Part shown: positions 42,748 to 57,400 of the stretch, one piece after another
How the letters are laid out: each line of letters begins with the position of its first letter
How positions within the stretch are numbered: position 1 is the first letter of the stretch
Source: Haplodiscus bocki
Taxonomy: Eukaryota
Direction of reading: 5' to 3'
Assembly (NCBI GenBank): GCA_965655095.1
Contig: OZ296656.1
Coordinates: forward strand, 51,832,001-51,896,000
DNA: 64,000 bases
The notes under the pieces: generated by a model
The model's database searches: none
The model's input: only the letters and a program-made list of their open reading frames with translations
What the model was told of the DNA's origin: nothing
Position numbers and translations under genes: made by a program

Positions 42748-45700
42748 AATGTTGATCATGCGAAGTACATCCAGAAAAATTGCAGCTGTTAAGTAATCAG
42801 ATCGAAAAAGTTTTGATATTCCAGGCTTTCATCCCCTGGGCAGTTAATCACATAAACAACTTTTAGGGCCTTAATATACAAGTTTCCAGGCTTAAGGGTC
42901 AAAGCATGGGTCGCTAAACTGATCTTCCCAGGTAACGTTGACCACGCTATCAACATACTGTGCTTCTCTAACAACTTTTTTACCAGCCCTTGCTGAACTA
43001 GCACCACAAAAAGAACTTTTCCGATTTTTTCCATGTGAAAGTCCGCAACCTCTGGAAATTTTTGTCTGGGTTCACGCAGGTGAGTTTTACGAGTGAAGGT
43101 GATTTATTTTGGCAGAAGAACCAAACTTAGGGTTAGAACAGCAGAAGTTTTTTTCAGTTGTTCTTATAGAAGAAAAAAAGATAACAGTTACGGGAAAACG
43201 CTTTTGCACCAGTTGAGTGTTTTAAAGGCAGTAAGCTCTCCACACTGTAGGTGAACCAATCGTTTGCTTATCAATGTCTGCCGAGTTCCAATTTAGAAAA
43301 ATGAGTGTCTAACGGTCGGGGAAAGACAGAAAAAAGTGGCGTTAACACCTCAAAAAAAACAAGTACGTTCTCTACAGGGCTGAAACATCGAAGCATTGAA
43401 AAGCTGAAAAACAAAGGCAGAAAACATTGAGCCAGGAAAAGTAACTGAATAACTATGACTACGTAAACTTTTCCCCAATTTTGTCAAACTCGGGCATAGA
43501 GCAACTCGGTAACTCCCAGTACCAGTAGCACTAACAGCACGACTTCCGAGAAACTGATAACTGATCTTTCGTTTGCCGCTGAAACAACGGATAAATGTTT
43601 GCGCGAAGATTACTATATTTGTTAGTTATGGACCAAGTCAGTTCATTACCACCAGCCTGTTACCGAAATTGTACTTTCTCAGTGAATGGGGACTAAATGT
43701 TCTGTTCAAGGTTGATCATGTGAAGGATATCCCGAAAAAATAGGTCGTTTTCAAGTAAACGGATCGAAAAGGTTTTGATATTCCAGGACTTCCATCCATG
43801 GGCCAATTATTCATATGAAAAACTTCTAGGTCCTTAAAATACAAACTTCCAGGCCCAGAGGTCACAATAGGGGTCGTTAAGTTGATCTTCCCAGATAACG
43901 TTGAGCACGCCATCATCAAATTATGATCCTCTAACGAATTTTTTCTGGCCCTGACTGAATTCGCACCGATAAAAACTTTTTCGAGTTTTTCCATGTGAAA
44001 CACAGCAACTTTTTGTCTGGTTTTATGCAGGTGTAATTTACAAGTGAAGGTGATTCCTTTGAGCAGAAAAATCAAAGTTTAAGAAAGAACAGCAGAAGCT
44101 ATCTTCCAGTTGATTTTGGACCAAATGACAGTTCCTAAGGCAGTAAGCTCTCAACATGTAGGTGTTACAATCATTTGCTGATCAGTGTCTGCAAAGTTAC
44201 AATTACATGAGGCGAGTTGTTTGTGATGAGACAGAAAGACGTGCTTCGTGATAAGCTGGCATTTCCACTTCAAAGACATCAAACCACGCCCTTTGCAGGA
44301 CTGAAAATTCGAAGCGTTGAAAAGTTGAAAAAGCAACGCAGAAAAACCTTGCGCTTGGAAAAAAAGCTAAATGCACTATGACTTAGTGAGTTTTCGCCAA
44401 TTTTGTCAAATTCGGGCATAGAGCAACTCGGTGACTCGCACTACCAGTAGCACTAACAGCACGGCTTCCGAGAAACTGATCGCTGATCTATCTTTTGCCG
44501 CTGAAACAACAGAGCAGAAACGTTTGGATAAATACTAATACATTCGTTAGTTTTGGACCGAGTCAGCTCAATGCCACCCGGCTGACACCAGAATTGTACC
44601 TTCCCAATGAATGGAGATTGAAAAGTTTTGTTGAATGTTGATCATGCGAAGTACATCCAGAAAAATTGCAGCTGTTAAGTAATCAGATCGAAAAAGTTTT
44701 GATATTCCAGGCTTTCATCCCCTGGGCAGTTAATCACATAAACAACTTTTAGGGCCTTAATATACAAGTTTCCAGGCTTAAGGGTCAAAGCATGGGTCGC
44801 TAAACTGATCTTCCCAGATAACGTTGACCACGCTATCAACATACTGTGCTTCTCTAACAACTTTTTTACCAGCCCTTGCTGAACTAGAACCACAAAAAGA
44901 ACTTTTCCGATTTTTTCCATGTGAAAGTCCGCAACCTCTGGAAATTTTTGTCTGGGTTCACGCAGGTGAGTTTTACGAGTGAAGGTGATTTATTTTGGCA
45001 GAAGAACCAAACTTAGGGTTAGAACAGCAGAAGTTTTTTTCAGTTGTTCTTATAGAAGAAAAAAAGATAACAGTTACGGGAAAACGCTTTTGCACCAGTT
45101 GAGTGTTTTAAAGGCAGTAAGCTCTCCACACTGTAGGTGAACCAATCGTTTGCTTATCAATGTCTGCCGAGTTCCAATTTAGAAAAATGAGTGTCTAACG
45201 GTCGGGGAAAGACAGAAAAAAGTGGCGTTAACACCTCAAAAAAAACAAGTACGTTCTCTACAGGGCTGAAACATCGAAGCATTGAAAAGCTGAAAAACAA
45301 AGGCAGAAAACATTGAGCCAGGAAAAGTAACTGAATAACTATGACTACGTAAACTTTTCCCCAATTTTGTCAAACTCGGGCATAGAGCAACTCGGTAACT
45401 CCCAGTACCAGTAGCACTAACAGCACGACTTCCGAGAAACTGATAACTGATCTTTCGTTTGCCGCTGAAACAACGGATAAATGTTTGCGCGAAGATTACT
45501 ATATTTGTTAGTTATGGACCAAGTCAGTTCATTACCACCAGCCTGTTACCGAAATTGTACTTTCTCAGTGAATGGGGACTAAATGTTCTGTTCAAGGTTG
45601 ATCATGTGAAGGATATCCCGAAAAAATAGGTCGTTTTCAAGTAAACGGATCGAAAAGGTTTTGATATTCCAGGACTTCCATCCATGGGCCAATTATTCAT

Positions 45701-46385
45701 ATGAAAAACTTCTAGGTCCTTAAAATACAAACTTCCAGGCCCAGAGGTCACAATAGGGGTCGTTAAGTTGATCTTCCCAGATAACGTTGAGCACGCCATC
45801 ATCAAATTATGATCCTCTAACGAATTTTTTCTGGCCCTGACTGAATTCGCACCGATAAAAACTTTTTCGAGTTTTTCCATGTGAAACACAGCAACTTTTT
45901 GTCTGGTTTTATGCAGGTGTAATTTACAAGTGAAGGTGATTCCTTTGAGCAGAAAAATCAAAGTTTAAGAAAGAACAGCAGAAGCTATCTTCCAGTTGAT
46001 TTTGGACCAAATGACAGTTCCTAAGGCAGTAAGCTCTCAACATGTAGGTGTTACAATCATTTGCTGATCAGTGTCTGCAAAGTTACAATTACATGAGGCG
46101 AGTTGTTTGTGATGAGACAGAAAGACGTGCTTCGTGATAAGCTGGCATTTCCACTTCAAAGACATCAAACCACGCCCTTTGCAGGACTGAAAATTCGAAG
46201 CGTTGAAAAGTTGAAAAAGCAACGCAGAAAAACCTTGCGCTTGGAAAAAAAGCTAAATGCACTATGACTTAGTGAGTTTTCGCCAATTTTGTCAAATTCG
46301 GGCATAGAGCAACTCGGTGACTCGCACTACCAGTAGCACTAACAGCACGGCTTCCGAGAAACTGATCGCTGATCTATCTTTTGCC
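42748..46385 (+). repeat. Recent tandem duplication / dimeric higher-order repeat, period 1886 bp
   Basis: ORF pairs 42789/44675, 43716/45602 and 44151/46037 are all offset by 1886 with almost identical translations. Anchor spacings 964, 922, 964, 922. Confidence 0.95.
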
Positions 46386-47284
46386 GTTGAAACAACAGAG
46401 GAGAAACGTTTGGATAAATACTAATACATTTGATAGTTATGGACCTAGTCAGCTCATTACCACCCCACTGATACTAAAAATGTACCTTTCCAGTGAATGG
46501 GGATTGGAATGTTCTGTTGAAGGTTGATCATGCAAAGGATATCCAGAAAAAAAGTCGTTTTCAAGTAAACAGATCGAAAAACTTTCAATACTCGAAGACT
46601 TCCATCCATGGGCCAAGTATTCATATGAAAAACTCCTAGGTCCTTGATATACAAAATTCCAGGCTCAAGGGTCAAAAAATGGGTCTTTAAATGGATCTTC
46701 CCAGATAACGTTGAGCACGCTATTAACATAAAATGCTTCTCTAACATTCTTTCTAGCCTGGCTGAATTAGCACCGGAAAAAACTTTCCCGATCTCCTTCA
46801 TGTGGTACAAAACAACTTCTGAAACTTTTTGTCTGGTTTGATGCAGGTGTAATTTACGAGTGAAGGTGATTTGTTTGGGCAAGAGAAACTAAGTCTGAGT
46901 TGGAATAGAAGAAGACTTTTTTCGGTTCATTTTATAATAGAATAGAGGATAGGAGTTGCGTCAAAACGAATTTGCACCAATTGAGAGTTCCTAAGGCAAA
47001 AAGTTCTCGACACTAGGTGGAACAATCACTTGTTGACCTTTTTCTTCAAAGTTACAATAACATGAGGTGAGTTGTTTGTGATAAGACAGAAAGTCGTACT
47101 TCGTAAAAAGCTAGCTTTCCCACTTCGAAGACTCAAAACTACGCGCTTTGCACGGCTGAAAAATCGAAGCATTGCAAAGCTGAAAAAAAATGGAGAACAA
47201 ACTTGCACCTGGAAAAATAGCTAAACGTACTACGAGTCGGTAAATTTTCTCCATTTTTGTCAAACTTGGGCATAATGCAACTCG

Positions 47285-47636
47285 ATGACTCCCAGAACCA
47301 CTAGCACTAACAGCACGGCTTCCGAGAGACTGATCGCTGATCTTTCTTTTGCCGTTGAAACAACAGAGGAGAAACGTTTGGATAAATACTAATACATTTG
47401 ATAGTTATGGACCTAGTCAGCTCATTACCACCCCACTGATACTAAAAATGTACCTTTCCAGTGAATGGGGATTGGAATGTTCTGTTGAAGGTTGATCATG
47501 CAAAGGATATCCAGAAAAAAAGTCGTTTTCAAGTAAACAGATCGAAAAACTTTCGATATTCGAAGACTTCCATCTATGGGCCAAGTATTCATAAACTTTT
47601 CTCCAATTTTGTCAAATTTGGGCATAGAGCAACTCG
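47285..47636 (+). repeat. 352-bp truncated monomer
   Basis: Anchors at 47285 and 47637. Junction GGGCCAAGTATTCA|TAAACTTTTCTCCAATTTTG at ~47592. Confidence 0.9.
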
Positions 47637-49583
47637 GTGACTCCCAGTACCAGTAGCACTAACAGCACGGCTTCCGAGAAGCTGATCACTGATCTATCGT
47701 TTTCCGCTGAAACAACTGAGGAGAAAGGTTTGCAAAAAGAATACTAAAAATGTTAGTTTTGGACCAAGTCAACTCATTGCCACCCGCCTGTTACCATAAG
47801 TGTATCTTCTCAGTGAATGGGGTCTAAGCGTTCTATTCAAGGTTGATCATGCGAAGGATATCCAGAAAACATAAGTCGTTTTTAAGAAAACACATCGAAA
47901 AAGTTCTGATATTCAATGACTTTCATCCATGGGCCAATTAATCATATGAAAAACTTCTAGGTCCTTGATATACAAAATTCCAGGCTCAAGGGTCAAAATA
48001 TGGGATGTTAAATGGATCTTCTTAGATAACGTTGAGCACGCTATCAACATAAAATGCTTCTCTAACATTTTTCTTTCTAACCCGGCTGAATCAGCACCAG
48101 AAAAAAAACTTTGACGATTTTTTCCATGTCGAACACAACAACTTCTGAAACTTTTTTTCTGGTTTGATAAAGGTTTATTTTACGAGTGAAGGTGATTTGT
48201 TTGGGCAAAAGAACCAAAGTCTGAGTTGGAATAGCAAAAGACTTTTTTCGGTTGATTTTGAAATTGAATAAGGGATAGGAGTTGCGTCAAAACGAATTTG
48301 CACCAATTCAGCGTTCCTAAGGCAATAAGCTCTCGACACTAGGTGGAACAATCACTTGCTGACCATTTTCTGCAAAGTTACAATAACATGAGGCGAGTTG
48401 TTTGTGATAAGACAGAAAGTCGTACTTCGTAAAAAGCTAGCTTTCCCACTTCGAAGACTCAAAACTACGCGCTTTGCACGGCTGAAAAATCGAAGCATTG
48501 CAAAGCTGAAAAAAAATGGAGAACAAACTTGCACCTGGAAAAATAGCTAAACGTACTACGACTCGGTAAATTTTCTCCAATTTTGTCAAACTTGGGCATC
48601 ATGCAACTCGATGATTCCCAGTACCACTAGCACTAACAGCACGGCTTCCGAGAGACTGATCGCTGATCTATCTTTTGCCGCTGAAACAACAGAGCAGAAA
48701 CGTTTGGATAAATACTAATACATTTGTTAGTTATGGACCAAGTCAGCTCAATGCCACCCGGCTGCCACCAGGATTGTACCCTCCCAATGAAGGGGGATTG
48801 AAAAGTTCTGTTGAATGTTGATCATGCGAAGTAAATCCAGAAAAAAATGAGTCGTTTTTGAGTAACCAGATCGGAAAAGTTTTGATAATCCAGGACTTTC
48901 ATCCATGGTCCAATTATTGATATGAAAAACTTCTAGGTCCTTGATATACAAAATTCCAGGCTCAAGGGTCAAAATATGGGATGTTAAATGGATCTTCTTA
49001 GATAACGTTGAGCACGCTATCAACATAAAATGCTTCTCTAACATTTTTTTTCTAGCCTGGCTGAATTAGCACCAGAAAAAAAACTTTGACGATTTTTTCC
49101 ATGTGAAACGCAACAACTTCTGAAACTTTTTGTCTGGTTTGACGCAGTTGTAATTTACAAGTGCAGGTGATTTGGTTGGGCAAAAGATAAATATTGAGTT
49201 GGAACAGCAGAAGACTTTTTTCGGTTGATTTTATAATAGAAAAGAGGATAGGAGTTGCGTCAAAACGAATTTGCACCAATTGAGAGTTCCTAAGGCAAAA
49301 AGCTCTCGGCACTAGGTGGAACAACCACTTGCTGACCAATTTCTGCAAAGTTACAATAACATAGGGTGAGTTGTTTCTGATAAGACAGAAAGTCGTACTT
49401 CGTAATAAGCTAGCTTTTCCACTTCGAAGAGTCAAAACTACGCGTTTGGCAGGGCCGAAAAATCGAAGCATTGAAAAGCTGAAAAAAATGGAGAAAAACC
49501 TTGCACCTGGAAAAACAGCTAAACGTACTACGACTCCGTAAACTTTCCTCCATTTTTGTCAAACTTGGGCATAATGCAACTCG

Positions 49584-52500
49584 ATGACTCCCAGTACCAC
49601 TAGCACTAACAGCACGGCTTCCGAGAAACTGATCACTGATCTATCTTTTGCCGCTGAAACAACAGAGGAGAAACGTTTGGATAAATACTAATACATTTGT
49701 TAGTTATGGACCTAGTCAGCTCATTACCACCCCGCTGATACTAAGAATGTACCTTCCCAGTGAATGGTGGTTGAAGTGTTCTGTTGAAAGTTGATCATGC
49801 AAAGGATATCCAGAGAAAATGAGTCGTTTTCAAGTAAGCAGATCGAAAAAGTTTTGATTTTCCAGGACTTCCATCCATGGGCCAATTATTCACATGAAAA
49901 AACTCTAGGTCCTTGATATACAAAATTCCAGGCCCAAAGGTCACAATATGGGTCGTTAAATTGATCTTCCCAGATAACGTTGCGCACGCCATCATCATAT
50001 TATGATCCTCTAAGCAATTTTTTCTAGCCCTGGCTGAAATCGCACCAAAAAAACTTCGATCTTTTCCATGTGATACACAACAAGTTCTGAAATTATTGTC
50101 TGGTTTTATGCAGGTGTAATTTACAAGTGAAATGAATTGGTTGGGCAAAAGATGAAGTTTGAGTTGGAACAGCAGAAGACTTTTTTCGAATGATTTTATA
50201 ATGGAAAAAAGGATAGGAGTTGCGTAAAAACGAACTTGCACCAATAGAGAGTTCCAAAGACAGCAAGCGCTCGACAGTGTAGGTGGAACAATCACTTGCT
50301 GATCATTGTCTGCAAAGTTACAATACCAAGAAGCGAGTTGTTTGTGATAAGACAGAAAGTCGTGCTTCGTAATAAGCTGGCATTTCCACTTGGAAGAGTC
50401 AAAACTACGCGCTTGGCAGGGCTGAAAAATCGAAGCATTATAAAAGCTGAAAAAAATGGAGAAAAACCTTGCACCTGGAAAAATAGCTAAACGTACCACA
50501 ACTTGGTAAACTTTTCTTCATTTTTGTCAAACTTGGGCTTGATGCAAATCGATGACTCCCAGTACCAGTAGCACTAACAGCACGGCTTCCGAGAAACTGA
50601 TCACTGATCTGTCTTTTCCCGCTGAAACACAGAGGAGAAACGTTTGGATAAATACTTATACATCTGTTAGTTATGGACCAAGTCAGCTCATTGCCACCCC
50701 GCTGATACTAAAAACGTACCTTCCCAGTGAATGGGGATTGAAGTGTTCTGTTGAAGGTTGATCATGCAAAGGATATCCACAAAAAAAGGAGTCGTTTTCA
50801 CGTAAACAGATCGAAAAGTTTTGATTTTCCGGGACTTCCATCCCTGGGCCAATTGTTTACATGAAAAACTTCTAGGTCCTTGATATACAAAGTCCAGGCC
50901 CAAAAGTCACAATATGGGTCAGTAAATTGATATTCCCAGATAACGTTGCGCACGCCATCATCATATTATGATCCTCTAAGAAATTTTTTTTAGCCCTGGC
51001 TGAAATCGCACCAAAAGAACTCTGATCTTTTCCTTGTGATACACAGCAACTTCTGAAATTATTGTCTGGTTTTATGCAGGTGTAATTTACAAGTGAAAGT
51101 GAATTGGTTGGGCAAAAGATGAAGTTTGAGTTGGAACAGCAGAAGATTTTTTCGGTTGATTTTATAATGGAAAAAAGGATAGGAGTGGTGTAAAAACAAA
51201 CTTGCACCAAAAGAGAGTTCCTGAGACAGTAAGCTCTCGACACTGTAGGTGGAACAATCACTTGCTGATCATTGTCTGCAAAGTTACAATACCAAGAAGC
51301 GAGTTGTTTGTGATAAGACAAAAAGTCGTGCTTCGTAATAACCTGGCACTTCCATTTCGAAGAGATCAAAACTACGCGATTTGCAGGGCTGAAAAATCGA
51401 AGCATTGAAAAGTTGAAAAAAAATGGAGAAAAACCTTGCACCTGGAAAAATAGCTCAACGTACTAGAACTTGGTAAACTTTTCTCCATTTCTGTCAAACT
51501 TGGGCATAATGCAAATCGAGGACTCCCAGTACCAGTAGCACTAACAGCACGGCTTCCGAGAAAACTGATCACTGATCTATCTTTTCCCGCTGAAACACAG
51601 AGGAGAAACGTTTGGATAAATACTTATACATTTGTTAGTTATGGACCAAGTCAGCTCATTGCCACCCCGCTGATACTAAAAAAGTACCTTCCCAGTGAAT
51701 GGGGATTGAAGTGTTCTGTTGAAGGTTGATCATGCAAAGAATATCCACAAAAAAAATGAGTCGTTTTCAAGTAAACAGATCGAAAAGTTTTGATTTTCCG
51801 GGACTTCCATCCCTGGGCCAATTGTTTACATGAAAAACTTCTAGGTCCTTGATATACAAATTACAGGCCCAAAGGTCACAATATGGGTCGTTAAATTGAT
51901 CTTCCCAGATAACGTTGCGCACGCCATCATCATATTATGATCCTCTAAGCAATTTTTTCTAGCCCTGGCTGAAATCGCACCAAAAAAACTTCGATCTTTT
52001 CCATGTGATACACAACAAGTTCTGAAATTATTGTCTGGTTTTATGCAGGTGTAATTTACAAGTGAAATGAATTGGTTGGGCAAAAGATGAAGTTTGAGTT
52101 GGAACAGCAGAAGACTTTTTTCGAATGATTTTATAATGGAAAAAAGGATAGGAGTTGCGTAAAAACGAACTTGCACCAATAGAGAGTTCCAAAGACAGCA
52201 AGCTCTCGACACTGTAGGTGGAACAATCACTTGCTGATCATTGTCTGCAAAGTTACAATACCAAGAAGCGAGTTGTTTGTGATAAGACAAAAAGTCGTGC
52301 TTCGTAATAACCTGGCACTTCCACTTCGAAGAGATCAAAACTACGCGATTTGCAGGGCTGAAAAATCGAAGCATTGAAAAGTTGAAAAAAATGGAGAAAA
52401 ACCTTGCACCTGGAAAAATAGCTAAACGTACTAGAACTTGGTAAACTTTTCTCCATTTCTGTCAAACTTGGGCATAATGCAAATCGAGACTCCCAGTACC

Positions 52501-53580
52501 AGTAGCACTAACAGCACGGCTTCCGAGAAACTGATCACTGATCTATCTTTTCCCGCTGAAACACAGAGGAGAAACGTTTGGATAAATACTTATACATTTG
52601 TTAGTTATGGACCAAGTCAGCTCATTGCCACCCCGCTGATACTAAAAAAGTACCTTCCCAGTGAATGGGGATTGAAGTGTTCTGTTGAAGGTTGATCATG
52701 CAAAGGATATCCACAAAAAAATGAGTCGTTTTCAAGTAAACAGATCGAAAAGTTTTGATTTTCCGGGACTTCCATCCCTGGGCCAATTGTTTACATGAAA
52801 AACTTCTAGGTCCTTGATATACAAATTCCAGGCCCAAAGGTCACAATATGGGTCGTTAAATTGATCTTCCCAGATAACGTTGCGCACGCCATCATCATAT
52901 TATGATCCTCTAAGCAATTTTTTCTAGCCCTGGCTGAAATCGCACCAAAAAAACTTCGATCTTTTCCATGTGATACACAACAAGTTCTGAAATTATTGTC
53001 TGGTTTTATGCAGGTGTAATTTACAAGTGAAAGTGAATTGGTTGGGCGAAAGATGAAGTTTGAGTTGGAACAGCAGAAGACTTTTTTCGAATGATTTTAT
53101 AATGGAAAAAAGGATAGGAGTTGCGTAAAAACGAACTTGCACCAATAGAGAGTTCCAAAGACAGCAAGCTCTCGACACTGTAGGTGGAACAATCACTTGC
53201 TGATCATTGTCTGCAAAGTTACAATAACAAGAAGCGAGTTGTTTGTGATAAGACAGAAAGTCGTGCTCCGTAAAAAGCTGGCATTTCCACTTCGAAGAGA
53301 TCAAAACTACGCGATTTGCAGGGCTGAAAAATCGAAGCATTGAAAAGCTGAAAAAAATGGAGAAAAACCTTGCACCTGGAAAAATAGCTAAACGTACCAC
53401 AACTTGGTAAACTTTTCTTCATTTTTGTCAAACTTGGGCTTGATGCAAATCGATGACTCCCAGTACCAGTAGCACTAACAGCACGGCTTCCGAGAAACTG
53501 ATCACTGATCTATCTTTTCCCGCTGAAACACAGAGGAGAAACGTTTGGATAGATACTTATACATTTGTTAGTTATGGACC
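49584..53580 (+). repeat. Homogenised ~967-bp monomer block
   Basis: Anchor spacings 968, 967, 967, 967. Shared GAAATTATTGTCTGG, GATCCTCTAAG and GCTGAAACACAGAGG. Confidence 0.9.
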
Positions 53581-54426
53581 AAGTCAGCTCATTGCTACGC
53601 CGCCGATACTAAAAAAAGTACATTCCCAGTGAATGGGGATTGAAGTGTTCTGTTGAAGGTTGATCATGCGAAGTGCATCTGGCAAAAATAAAGTCGTTTT
53701 TGAGTGAACAGATCGAAAAAGTTTTGATGTTCCAGTATTTTCATCCATGGGCCAATTAATCAAATAAAAAATTTCTAGGTCCTTAAAATACAAAACTCCA
53801 GGCTGAAAAGTCATAATATGGGTCGCTAAATTGATCTTCCCAGATAACGTTGAGCACGCTATCAACATAAAATGCTTCTCTAGCATTTTTTTTCTAGCCT
53901 GGCTGAATTAGTACCAAGAAACAAACTTTTCCGATTTTTACCTTGTGAAACACTGCAACTTCTGAAACTTTCTGTGTAGTTTAATGCAGGTGTTATTTAC
54001 GAGTGAAAGTGATTTGTTCGGGCAAAAGAAACAAAGTCTGAGTTGGAATAGAAGAAGACTTTTTTCGGTTCATTTTATAATAGAATAGAGGATAGGAGTT
54101 GCGTAAAAACGAATTTGCACCAGTTGAGAGTTCCTAAGGCAGTAAGCTCTCCACACTAGGTGGAACAATCTCTTGCTGACCATTTTCTGCAAAGTTACAA
54201 TAACATGAGGCGAGTTGTTTGTGATAAGACAGAAAGTCGTGCTTCGTAATAAGCTGGCATTTCCACTTGGAAGAGTCAAAACTACGCGCTTGGCAGGGCT
54301 GAAAAATCGAAGCATTGAAAAGCTGAAAAAAATGGAGAAAAACCTTGCACCTGGAAAAATAGCTAAACGTACTACGACTCGGTAAATTTTCTCCATTTTT
54401 GTCAAACTTGGGCATAATGCAACTCG

Positions 54427-57400
54427 ATGACTCCCAGTACCACTAGCACTAACAGCACGGCTTCCGAGAGACTGATCGCTGATCTATCTTTTGCCGCTGA
54501 GACAAAAGAGGAGAAACGTTTGGACAAAGAGTAATACATTCGTTAGTTATGGACCTAGTCATCTCATTACCACCTCGCTGATACTAAAAATGTACCGTCC
54601 CAGTGAATGGTGCTTGGAGTGTTCTGTTGAAGGTTAATCATGCAAAGGATATCCAGAAAAAATAAGTCGTTTTCAAGTAAACGGATCGAAAATGTTTTTA
54701 TATTCCAGGACCTCCACCCATGGGCCAATTATTCATATGAAAAACTTCTAGGTCTTTAATATACAAAATTCCAGGCCCAAAGATCACAATATGGGTCGTT
54801 AAATTGATCTTCCCAGATAACGTTGCGCACGCCATCATCATAATATGATACTCCACGAAATTTTTTCTAGCCTGGCTGAATTGGCATCAGAAAAAAACTT
54901 TTACGATTTTTTCCATGTGCAGCACAGCAACTTCTGAAACTTTTTGTTTGGTTTGACGCAGTTGTAATTTACAAGTGAAGGTGAATTGGTTGGGCAAAAG
55001 ATGAAGTTTGAGTTGGAACAGCAGAAGACTTTTTTCGAATGATTTTATAATGGAAAAAAGGATAGGAGTTGCGTAAAAACGAACTTGCACCAATAGAGAG
55101 TTCCAAAGACAGCAAGCTCTCGACACTGTAGGTGGAACAATCACTTGCTGATCATTGTCTGCAAAGTTACATTAACAAGAAACGAGTTGTTTGTGATAAG
55201 ACAAAAAGTCGTGCTTCGTAATAAGCTGGAATTAACACTTCGAAGAGATCAAAACCACGCAATTTGCAGGGCTGAAAAATCGAAGCATTGAAAAGCTGAA
55301 AAAAAAGGAGAAAAACCTTGCACCTGGAAAAACAGCTAAACGTACCACGACTCCGTAAATTTTTCTCCATTTTTGTCAAACTTGGCCATATTGCAAATCG
55401 ATGACTCCCAGTACCACTAGTTCTAACAGCATGGCTTCCGAGAGACTGATCGCTGATCTATCTTTTACCGCTGAGACAACAGAGGAGAAACGTTTGGACA
55501 AAGAGTAATACATTTGTTAATTATGGACCTAGTCAGCTCATTACCACCTAGCTGATACTAAAAATGTACCTTCACAGTGAATGGTGTTTGAAGTTTTCTG
55601 TTCAAGGTTGATCATGCAAAGGATATCCAGAAAAAATAAGTCGTTTTCAAGTAAACAGATCGAAAAAGTTTTTTGATATTCCAGGACCTCCACCCATGGG
55701 CCAATTATTCATATGAAAAACTTCTAGGTCTTTGTTATACAAAATTCCAGGCCCAAAGATCACAATATGGGTTGTTAAATTGATCTTCCCAGATAACGTT
55801 GCGCACGCCATCATCATAATATGATACTCTACGAAATTTTTTCTAGCCTGGCTGAATTGGCACCAGAAGAAAACTTTTACGATTTTTTCCATGTGCAGCA
55901 CAGCAACTTCTGAAACTTTTTGTCTGGTTTGATGCAGGTGTAATTTACGAGTGAAGGTGATTTGTTTGGGCAAAAGAAACAAAGCCTGAGTTGGAATAGC
56001 AGAAGACTTTTTTTCGGTTGATTTTATAATAGAATTGAGGATAGGAGTTGCGTCAAAACGAAGTTGCACCAGTTGAGAGTTCCTAAGGCAGTAAGCTCTC
56101 AAAACTAGGTGGTACAATCACTTGCTGAACATTTTCTGCAAAGTTACAATAACATGAGGCGAGTTGTTTGTGATAAGACAGAAAGTCGTGCTTCGTAATG
56201 AGCTGGCATTTCCACTTCGAAGAGTCAAAACTACGCGCTTGGCAGGGCTGAAAAATCGAAGCATTTAAAAGCTGAAAAAAAGGAGAAAATCCTTGCACCT
56301 GGAAAAACAGCTAAACGTACCACGACTCCGTAAACCTTCCTCCATTTTTGTCAAACTTGGCCATAATGCAAATCGATGACTCCCAGTACCACTAGCACTA
56401 ACAGCACGGCTTCCGAGAGACTGATCGCTGATCTATCTTTTGCCGCTGAGACAACAGAGGAGAAACGTTTGGACAAAGAGTAATACATTTGTTAGTTATG
56501 GACCTAGTCAGCTCATTACCACCTCGCTGATACTAAAAATGTACCTTCACAGTGAATGGTGTTTGAAGTTTTCTGTTGAAGGTTGATTATGCAAAGGATA
56601 TCCAGAAAAAATAAGTCGTTTTCAAGTAAACAGATCGATAAAGTTTTTCGATATTCCAGGACCTCCACCCATGGGCCAATTATTCATATGAAAAACTTCT
56701 AGGTCTTTAATATACAAAATTCCATGCCCAAAGATCACAATATGGGTCATTAAATTGATCTTCCCAGATAACGTTGCGCACGCCATCATCATAATATGAT
56801 ACTCTACGAAATTTTTTCTAGCCTGGCTGAATTGGCACCAGAAGAAAACTTTTACGATTTTTTCCATGTGCAGCACAGCAACTTCTCAAGCTTATTGTCT
56901 GGTTTGACGCAGGTGTAATTTACAAGTGGAGGTGATTTGCTTGGGCAAAAGATAATGTTTGAGTTGGAACAGCAGAAGACTTTTTTCGAATGATTTTATA
57001 ATGGAAAAAAGGATAGGAGTTGCGTAAAAACGAACTTGCACCAATAGAGAGTTCCAAAGACAGCAAGCTCTCGACACTGTAGGTGGAACAATCACTTGCT
57101 GATCATTGTCTGCAAAGTTACATTAACAAGAAACGAGTTGTTTGTGATAAGACAGAAAGTCGTGCTTCGTAATAAGCTGGAATTAACACTTCGAAGAGAT
57201 CAAAACCACGCAATTTGCAGGGCTGAAAAATCGAAGCATTGAAAAGCTGAAAAAAAGGAGAAAAACCTTGCACCTGGAAAAACAGCTAAACGTACTACGA
57301 CTCGGTAAATTTTCTCCATTTTTGTCAAACTTGGGCATAATGCAACTCGATGACTCCCAGTACCACTAGCAGTAACAGCACGGCTTCCGAGAGACTGATC

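Noticed and set aside
49795-50499. Longest ORF (234 aa, minus strand) as an intact gene
   Set aside because: It is a chance concatenation of frames that are broken in the near-identical neighbouring monomers (50872, 51841, 52993 give different lengths and ends).
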